Source: Octopus vulgaris | Taxonomy: Eukaryota | Assembly (NCBI GenBank): GCA_951406725.2 | Contig: OX597835.1 | Location: 13,516,001-13,580,000 of the forward strand | Direction of reading: 5' to 3' | DNA length: 64,000 nucleotides | Part shown: positions 54,963-64,000 of the stretch, piece by piece | Position numbering within the stretch: the first letter of the stretch is position 1 | Layout of the letters: the number at the start of each line of letters is the position of its first letter | Translations under genes and position numbers: made by a program | The notes under the pieces: model-generated | What the model was told of the DNA's origin: nothing | The model's database searches: none | What the model saw: only the letters and a program-made list of their open reading frames with translations

Positions 54963-56526
54963 GTTCCAAACACCAATTTAATAATAACACAGTTGTTTTA
55001 CTAAATTCTACATTATTTTCAAAATTAATTGAAACAAAGCTTTTGGTAACAAAAGCGCCGACTCAGGTGAAACTGCCCCTGGTCCTATGACACAAACTTT
55101 CTGTTTTAAAGGGATTGAAATTAAAACATCCATGAAAATATCATTGTTAATTAATGTTCTAAACGATGCCAGCTTAATAAGAATATATTTATCTTACTGA
55201 ATCTTTCATTATCTTTGGAACTGATTGAAATATAAGAAGTGCATTCAACAGGAACCTGATAACAGAAGGGTCAAAGTCGAACTGTATTGATTTTCTAGCT
55301 TTTCCATTTTCATTGTCTTGTTTTTGACTTTAGAATTAGGTGCCATGTGGAAGCTGGTTGTTTTTGATGTAACTCAAAGCTTTCCTTTCACAAAATTTTT
55401 CACCAGTTCCACTGGTTATTGTATCAGAATCTTTGGTTTCACAGCTTTTCTTTTTTTCTTTTCTTTCACAGTCAGCTGCAAGCAGTTGGTCTTAATTTCC
55501 TAATAGCAACATTTCTTGTGTGCTCTGTCACACCAGAAAGAATAATTCCTATCGTGAATTCTATGACACATTACAATCAGCACATCTTATCAACTGTATA
55601 AGAATTCTGAATACTTATAGAGAATTACAGAGAATTCTATACAAATTAAGAATTCCTAATTACTTTCTTAATGCGATAAATTCATTTTGTAATTGGAAAA
55701 AATGTTGATGTTGGTGTTTACGTGTATTTTTGGTTTGAAGTAAAAATCAGTGTTTGGGTTTAAGCATGAAGTGGTTTCTGAAAGAATCTGTAGCAGAGAT
55801 TCTATTGTTTTTTTCTACCTTTCCTTTCAATTTTTTCTTCAGCACCAACAATCATTCAACAATAGATATTTTAGTTTTCAATAATAATCATCATCATCAT
55901 CATCATCATTGTTTAACATCCGCTTTCCATGCTAGCATGGGTTGGACGATTTTGACTGAGGGCTGGCGAACCAGATGGCTGCACCAGGCTCCAATCTTGA
56001 TCTGGCAGAGTTTCTACAGCTGGATGCCCTTCCTAACGCCAACCACTCCATGTGTGTAGTGGGTGCTTTTTACGTGCCACCAGCACGGAAGCCAGTCACG
56101 GTGGTGCTGGCATCAACCACGTACGGATGGTGCTTTTTACATGCCACCGGCACAGGTGCCAGGGGAGGCTGGCAACAGCCACAATCGGTTGGTGCTAATA
56201 ATAATAATAATAATAATAATTTTTTCTACTATAGGCATGAGGCCTGAAATTTTTGGGGTGGAGGGGTCGAGCTAGTTAATTACATCAACCCCAGTGCATA
56301 ACTGGTATTTATTTCATAGGCCCCTAAAAGGATGAAAGGAAAAGTTGACCTTGGCAGAGGCCAATGCTAATGCCACCTGACTGGCTCCCCGTGCCAGTGG
56401 CATGTAAAAAGTACCATCCGAATGTGGTTGATGCCAGTCCCCCGCCCTGACTGGCTCCCGTGCTGGTAGCATGTAAAAAGCACCATCTGAACATGGCCAA
56501 TGCCAGTGCCACCTGACTGGCTCCTA

Positions 56527-56557
<31 letters not shown>

Positions 56558-56990
56558 TTGTATGTTTGTGTTTGCCCCCCACAATCGCTTGACAACAGAT
56601 GTTGGTGTGTTTACATCCCTGTAACTTAGCAGTTGAGCAAAAGAGACTGATAGAATAAGTACTAGGCTTACAAAGAGGTCCTGGGGTTTATTAGTAAGCC
56701 CAGTACTTATTCTATTGGTCTCTTGCCAAACCACTAAGTTATGAGGACGTAAACACACCAACATCGGTTGTCAAGTGATGGTGTGGGGAACAAACAAAGA
56801 CACACAAGCAGACACACACACACATATACGATGGGCTTCTTTCAGTTTCCGCCTACCAAATCCACTCACAAGGCTGTTGTCGGTCTGAGGCTATAGTAAA
56901 AGACACCTGCCCAAGGTGCCCCGCAGTGGGACTGAACCCGGAACCATGTAGTTGGTAAGCAAGCTACTTACCACACAGCCACTCCTGCGA
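56527..56990. mobile_element. Tail-to-tail SINE A pieces (plus 56527-56690, minus 56693-56990)
   Basis: cgcttgacaac...gaataagtactaggcttac is followed directly by its reverse complement gtaagcccagtacttattc...gttgtcaagtg. Confidence 0.75.
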
Positions 56991-57231
56991 CTATGTAGAC
57001 AAAAATTTATAGAATCTACTATCCATAATTTTTCAGATACAACTTGGATTATAACTCCTTCTATATGCTATATATCATCATCATTTAGTGTCTGCTTTCC
57101 ATGCTAGCATGGGTTGGACAGTTCAACTGGGGTCTGGGAAGCCAGAAGGCTGCACCAGGCCCAGTCTGATCTGGCAGTGTTTCTACGGCTGGATGTCCTT
57201 CCTAACGCCAGCCACTCCATGAGTGTAGTGG

Positions 57232-57264
<33 letters not shown>

Positions 57265-58169
57265 CATATAGATCTGTGTGTGTTTGTCTCTCCCACGACC
57301 ACCACTGCTTGGCAATGAGTGTTGGTTTGTTTATTCATCCCTAAATTAGTGGTTCAGAAAAGGAACCCAATGGAATAAGTATCGGGGCTTAAAATAGAAA
57401 AAACAAAAATTAAATAATAAAAATAATTAAAAAAACACGGACTTGGGGGTCATTTCGTTCGGATTGACCTTTCAATGCATTGCCCCAGTATTTTCGCCAC
57501 AGTCGAATGGCTGAAACAATTCAAAGGTGAAAAAAAAAAAAAAAAAAACCCAGATAAGTCACTAAGTAAATTTTTCCTCCTGAAAAATTACCATGTCATA
57601 AATAACGAAGTCGACGATAATTATCTGTAAAAGTTTTTAAGTAAATAGCAAACAGCATTATAATTAACCAACATAATATATTCTCAAGAGGTTCTGATAG
57701 TTTTGCTGGTTTTATTATTAATGGTGTTCTTTGAATATTTTCGACATGCTTTGCGTGCGGAAGAGAGAAGAGAGTAAATGGTGAAGTTTAACAAGTTTAC
57801 TCTGATACAAACAACACATTCTGCAAGAGAACTAATGTGATTTTTTTTTTTTATCTCCAAAACAGAAAGGTTTCTTCTCATTGTTTTTTTGTTTTTTTTG
57901 TTTACTCTAATATCTATTTACAGCATTAGTTGTCTGTTCAAAAGACACTTTTTTTTGCTCTGGTTCTCTTTTTCTCATTTTTTTTTATTTTTCTAAAACT
58001 TGGTACTCTCTGCAATTACAAGAATTCATTTGTAACAGTTCCTCTTCTCTCTCTCTCTCTAAATTATGTAGATTCAGACAATTATTTCCCATAAGTATTA
58101 TGTCTCCGCAGTTATCTTTCACATTTTTTTGTTTCCATATTGCTATCAGTGTTTTAAATCGGCACTATT

Positions 58170-59150
58170 TATCTCTACTAAATTGTCTATAATAGACAAC
58201 ACTCATTTAAATTATCTCTCTAAACTGCTCTGCAAAATTTTCTCTCCACAATGGCCAACACTCTCCTATCTCTCTACAATAGACAACACTTTACAAAATT
58301 ATCTCTCTACACTACACTACAAAATTTTCTTTCTACAAAAGACAATACTCATTAAAATTATCTGCCTACAATGGACAGTACTCTACAAAATTATCTGCCT
58401 ACAATGGAGAGTACTCTACAAAACTGTTCGCCTACAATGAGTACTGAACTACAAAATTTTCTCTCTACAATTTACAAAATTATCTCTCTACACTACAAAA
58501 TTTTCTTTCTACAAATGACAATACTCATTAAAATTATCTGCAAAATTATCTCTACACTACACTACAAAATTTTCTTTCTACAAAAGACAATACTCATTAA
58601 AATTATCTGCCTACAATGGAGAGTACTCTACAAAACTGCCTACAATGAGTACTGAACTACAAAATTTTCTCTCTACAATGGACAACCACTACAAAATTTT
58701 CTATCTACAAAAGACAATACTCATTAAAATTATCTGCCTACAATGGAGAGTACTCTACAAAACTGTTTGCCCACAATGAGTACTGAACTACAAAATTTTC
58801 TCTCTATAATTTACAAAATTATCTCTCTACACTACAATACAAAATTTTCTTTCTACAAAAGACAAAACTCATTAAAATTATCTGCCTACAATGGAGAGTA
58901 CTCTACAAAACTGTTCGCCTACAATGAGTACTGAACTACAAAATTTTCTCTCTACAATTTACAAAATTATCTCTCTACACTACACTACAAAATTTTCTAT
59001 CTACAAAAGACAATACTCATTAAAATTATCTGCCTACAATGGAGAGTACTCTACAAAACTGCCTATAATGAGTACTGAACTACAAAATTTTCTCTCTACA
59101 ATGGACAACACTCTACAAAATTGTCTCTCTACATTAAGCAATACTCTCTA
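58170..59150. repeat. Minisatellite of ~33-bp subunits arranged in ~150-160-bp higher-order blocks
   Basis: Recurrent ctctacaaaattatctgcctacaatggagagta variants. Confidence 0.88.
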
Positions 59151-59631
59151 ATTCTTCTTTATTCACCTGTCCATGATATATATATATGTATGTGTGTGTG
59201 TATCTTTGTATATGTGATTGTCTCCCACCACTGCTTGACAACCGGTGTTGGTCTGTTTACGTCCCTATAACTTGGTGATTCAACAAAAGAGATTAATAGA
59301 AAAAAATAAGTACTGGGGTCGAGTCATTTTACTAAAATTTCTTAAGGCGGTGCCCCAGCATGACCACAGTCTAATGACAAAAACAAATAAAAGATAACGT
59401 GCACAAAAAGAAAAGAAACCTAATCCGCCCCCTAAAACTGTAATCCAGCTCCATGAGCAGCGTATCTGATCTTTTCTTTAAGTGCAGTGGCCTTCTCAAC
59501 CATATCTAATTACAGGAGACTACAATATAAGGTTGCTTTCATTTGCTGTCTTCTCTATTGAAGCAGGGAGATAAATATTATCAGGTTTTTATCCCTAATC
59601 TCAATCATGTTTCTTGGTGAAAAGTAATAAT

Positions 59632-60208
59632 AACAAGAGCACTGATAGAGTGCAAATCTCCGCTAAGGCAACACCAATGTCCTCTCAATGATTAGTTGGA
59701 GATTATTTTAAAATAATTTCGGAGATGTACTTGCATAGCGAGTAACTTGATCCGAGATCGTGTGCTCCAACGAAAACAATTGCAGTGTGGAAGGTGTTTA
59801 TAAGCCATTTAAGAAACACAAAAACTGTTAGATTCACTTCAGCATTTAAATTTAATTCGTCAAAATATTTTCGTCGCTTTGAGGCCGCAGCCTGTTCACT
59901 GACAAAACTTTGTGCTGCATCTGTTGTTTTTAAATAAGAATATCTGAAATAAACTCAGCTGCTCTCATAAACGAGAATACTAAAAATGAACTTGACTGCT
60001 CTCAAAAATTAAGTAAAAGAACAGGAAAAATAATCCAGAATCCTTGTCCAGTACCGGATCGACCCCAAAATCTTCTCAGTTCGTGCCAGTCATGAGGTCA
60101 AACATCCCTGAAAGTTTCATCTGAATCCATTCAGTGGTTGTTGAGATATCTTGTCTATAGACAAACAAACAAACACAAATGAAAACAATACCTCTAGGGC
60201 AGAGGTAA
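59632..60208 (+). mobile_element. Helentron-associated (HINE/pearl-like) non-autonomous element
   Basis: Subterminal ctccgctaag near the 5' end versus tagggcagagg at the 3' end; (ACAA)n; 3' hairpin tacctct..agaggta. Confidence 0.55.
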
Positions 60209-60554
60209 TAATAATCATTTCTACCATAGGCACAAGGCCTGAAATACGAGGAGGAGGACAGATGAATATATCGACCCCAGTACACAACCGGTACTTATTT
60301 TATTGACCCTGAAAGGATGAAAGGCAAAGTTGACTTCAGTGGAATTTGAACTCGGAATGTAAAGACAGGTGAAATATTGCTAAGCATTTTGCTCTGCATG
60401 CTGACAATTCTGCTAGTTCACCGTCCTAAATAATAGCAATAAGAATAATAATAATCCTCTCCATTATAGGCACAAGGCCTGAAATTTTGGGGGGAGGGGA
60501 TAAGTTGATTATATCGATCTCAGTGCATAACTGGTACTTATTTCATTAACCCAG

Positions 60555-60923
60555 GTGTTGGAGTGGCTGTGTGGTAAGTAGCTTGCTTATGAACCACGAA
60601 GTTCCAGGTTCAGTCCCACTGCGTTGCACCTTGGGCAAGTCTCTTCTACTATAGCCTCAGGCCGACCAAAGCCTTGTGAGTGGATTTGGTAGACGGAAAC
60701 TGAAAGAAGCCTGTCATATATATGTATATACATACGTGTGTGTGTCTGTGTTTGTCCCCCCAACATCGCTTGACAACTGATGCTGGTGTGTTTATGTCTC
60801 TATAACTTAGCGGTTCAGCAAAAGAGACCGATAGAATAAGTACTAGTCGATTTGCTCGGCTAAAGGAAGTGCTTCAGCATGGCCACAATCAAATGACTGA
60901 AACAAGTAACAAAGTAAAGGAGT
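60555..60923 (+). mobile_element. SINE family A nested in a minus-strand SINE B
   Basis: Full head and tail. SINE B sequence is interrupted at ~60552 and resumes at ~60925 (aaaggatgaaaagcaaagtcgacc). Confidence 0.8.
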
Positions 60924-61041
60924 AACCCCTAAAGGATGAAAAGCAAAGTCGACCTCAGTGGAATTTGAACTCAGAACGTAAGAACAAGCAAAAGGCCACT
61001 AAGTATTTTGCGAATGCTTCTGCCAGATCGCCACCTTAGTT

Positions 61042-61255
61042 ACCTTCCCGAGTCATGCTGACTCGTAAGGGCCGCTTTCCCAGTTTCTGTGGCATATGAA
61101 TTCCCCACTTGGAAGGGGACGCCGGTTCCTCATCGGATTACCAATTCTTGCCAGCTGAGTGGACTGAAGCAATGTGAAATGAAGTGTCTTGCTCAAGAAC
61201 ACAACACATGACTTGACCTCGGAATCAAAACCACACTCTTACAATCATGAGTCTG
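61042..61255 (-). mobile_element. tRNA-derived SINE family D fragment
   Basis: Minus strand ggttttgattccgagg...cttgagcaagacacttcatttcacattgc, related to 27650-27710. Confidence 0.6.
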
Positions 61256-61277
61256 GTGATGGTAACTCCTCACCTGC

Positions 61278-61509
61278 AAGGCAGCAAGATGGCAGAAACG
61301 TTAGCACGCCGGGCGAAATGCTTAGCGGTATTTCGTCTACGTTACGTTGTGAGTTCAAATCCCGCCGAGGTCGACTTTGCCTTTCATCCTTTCGGGGTCG
61401 ATAAATTAAGTACCAGTTACGCACTGGAGTCGATGTAATCGACTTAATACCTATGTCTGTCCTTGTTTGTCCCCTCTGTGTTTAGCCTCTTGTGGGTAAT
61501 AAAGAAATA
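61278..61509 (+). mobile_element. SINE family B with 17-bp TSD
   Basis: GGTAACTCCTCACCTGC at 61261-61277 and 61510-61526. Older SINE B copies occur at ~15320-15800, 17475-17615, 18010-18145, 40948-41165, 41330-41545, 42550-42765 and 60215-60430. Confidence 0.9.
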
Positions 61510-61774
61510 GGTAACTCCTCACCTGCCTTGAATCGGGCATAATGGAGTTGAAGTTTTCTTTTCACATCCACGTTGTTGCACTTTTATTTCGACCGTCTAA
61601 CGATTAAGGTATTAATTAGAAGAGGTAATGATGTCGATATTAATTGATATTATTTGACAGTGACAGTAGTAACTCTAGTTTCTTCATCATTAGAACCCCT
61701 GGACCTCTGGTCATGTAGCATCTTTCTCACACGCACACATGTGGACAAGCACGCAAACAGACATGCATGTGCTC

Positions 61775-62357
61775 AGACACAAATATATACACACACATGT
61801 ACACACACTCTAGAGACACGCACACACATACATACACAGGGACATACACAAATGGGCACAGGCTTGGACAGAGATATACACACACACGCACGCACACAGA
61901 CATAAATGTGCAGATTTACACACAGACACATGGACACACACACACACATAAATACACATGGACATACACAAATGGACATAGGCTTGGACAGAGATATACA
62001 CACACACGCACACAGACATAAATGTGCAGATTTACACATGGACACAAATGCACACACACACACACACACACACATGGACATACACAAACTGACATGCACA
62101 CACTTAGATACAGACACATGCACACACACTTTCTCATGGACACACACACGCATCCCGACACACATTCACACACTCACGTGCACATCCTCATAACACACAC
62201 ACACACACACATGGACATACACAAACTGACATGTACACACTTAGACACGGACACATGCACACACACACACTTTCACATGGACACACACACACACACGCAT
62301 CCCGACACACATTCATACTCACGTGCACATCCTCATAACACACACACACACACACAC
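61775..62357. repeat. CA-rich region with two successive tandem duplications (~120 bp and ~140 bp)
   Basis: ggcttggacagagatatac at 61861 and 61981; catggacatacacaaactgacatg at ~62073 and ~62210. Confidence 0.8.
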
Positions 62358-62979
62358 GCGCTTCCTGCGAGGTCACCAGTTGACCCTCGTAGTTTTCAGA
62401 AGTGTCTTAAAACGAAAGCCAAGTTAAACAAGAGAATCTCCCGTTGTCCGCAGCGATGATGCTGTCGTTCGTCTCTTCCCCCCCCTCCTCTTGTATCTAT
62501 CTTTTAATCTGTAAAATGTTTGTTTATGGCAATGTTATGGGAGATGATGGGCGGCGGCAGATCAAACGGAATTCTATCATGGCACACTTCCATTTTGTTC
62601 GTTATTCTTCAGCTCTCTCCAACTCTTCTTCTTCTTCTTTCACCTCTGCATCTCTCTCTATTTTCTGCTCTCCACCTCTCTCGCTCTCGCTCTCTCTCTC
62701 TGCTTTTTTTTCTCCACACTCTCCATTTGCTATTTCTCTCTTTCTCTTTTTTTTCTCTCTCCCTCTCACTGCTCTTTCTTTCTCTCATTCTTTCTGTTTG
62801 CCCTCTCTCTCTCTCTCTGTGCTTTTTTTTTCTCCACACTCTCCGCTTGCCAATCTTTCTCTCATTCTCTATCTCTCTTTCTCTCATTCTTTCTATCTGC
62901 GCTCTCTCTCTCTCTTCATTTCTCCCCTTTCTCTCTTCCTCTGCTCTTCTTTTCTCTCATCTCCTTCTCTTCATGTCTC

Positions 62980-63295
62980 CCTCTCTGCTCTCCTTTTTGT
63001 CTCTCGCTCTCTGCTCTCCCCTTTTTGTCTGTCCCTCTCTGCTCTCCTCTTTTTGTCTGTCCCTCTCTGCTCTTCTCTTTTTGTCTGTCCCTCTCTGCTC
63101 TTCCCTATTTGTCTGTCCCTCTCTGCTCCCCCCTTTTTGTCTCTCCCTCTCTGCTCTCCTCTTTTTGTCACTCCCTTTCTGCTCTCCTCTTTTTGTCTCT
63201 CCCTCTCTGCTCTCCCCTTTTCGACTCTCCCTCTCTGCTCTCCCATTTTTGTCTCTCCATCTCTGCTCTCCTATTTGTCTCTCCATCTCTGCTTT
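62980..63295. repeat. ~28-30-bp pyrimidine minisatellite
   Basis: Unit ccctctctgctctcctctttttgtctgt is repeated about 11 times within a CT-rich tract. Confidence 0.85.
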
Positions 63296-63395
63296 CCTCT
63301 CTTCGTTTTTCCCCCCATCTCTCTCTACTTCGTCTTTTTCTGCTCTTCCTCTCCTCTCCTTCTTGTATCTCCCTTTGCTCTCTCTCTTTCTCAAT

Positions 63396-63426
<31 letters not shown>

Positions 63427-64000
63427 CCCCACTCTGCTCTCCACTATTCACATCACTCTTATAACTAATCAACTGGATTAATAACACTGCTTAACTACAT
63501 GTTTCAGATTTAGACGCATCGCCCCCGTGTCTCCCCACCCCCTCCGCTCCCCCCCTCCTCTTGTATCATATGTTTAAGGAGGAAAATTATCAGGAAAAGA
63601 AAAGTGAAACAACAAACGAAAACAAACAAACCAACAAACAAAAAAAGAGACAAAAACCTGTGATGGTTGATGTGGTTGTAACCATCACTAAATATCTTCC
63701 ATTCATTAAATGATTTCTTTCATTCTCCTCCTCCTCCTCCTCCACCCTCTCCCTCCGCTTCCTTTTCTTCCTCATTTTCTTCTCTTCCTCCTCTTCTGCT
63801 TCCTCTTCATCTTCTACTTCTTCCAGTTCTTCCAGTTCTTCATCTTCTTCCTCCTTTTCCACTACTACTACTTCTTCTTTCGCTTTTTTTCTTCTTCTTT
63901 TCATTCAAACAATGAGACTGACTTTAAATAAATGAATAAAAAAAAAATAATTAAAAAAAAACAGTAACGAAGAAAAAAAAGAAAAAAAAATTTCTTAAAA

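Noticed and set aside
55318-55503. Candidate MGAT2 exon 2 (contains QSFPF)
   Set aside because: No phase-0 acceptor giving the expected MGAT2 continuation; the similarity is trivial.
62368-62391. Short hairpin / AGGTCA-n5-TGACCC nuclear-receptor-like inverted repeat
   Set aside because: Too short to distinguish from chance in 64 kb.

Overview
This is a repeat-dominated, AT-rich animal genomic window. The tRNA-derived SINE families, RTE LINE tails and extreme microsatellite density point to an octopus (coleoid cephalopod); this is inference, not a database result. Only one host coding segment is supportable: the first coding exon of an intron-containing MGAT2 (GlcNAc-transferase II), exon 39670-40539 (+), whose leader carries several upstream ORFs. 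The rest is transposon debris (four SINE types, RTE LINE fragments, mariner and Tigger remnants, hAT and TTAA MITEs, Helitron/Helentron-type elements) plus micro- and minisatellites, which explain almost all entries in the ORF track. The most unusual signal is a set of fold-back elements carrying minimal hammerhead-ribozyme-like motifs. Two of them (45822-46181 and 36785-37253) have inverted arms enclosing a tRNA-like Pol III promoter core. One (14640-14838) is a spacerless palindrome, and a solo motif lies at 4214-4251. All share the same variant core with one extra nucleotide after CUGNNGA. Also notable are an inverted RTE pair in the presumed MGAT2 intron and long direct duplications bracketing both RTE-containing blocks. 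All coordinates were read by eye and fuzzy repeat ends are approximate.
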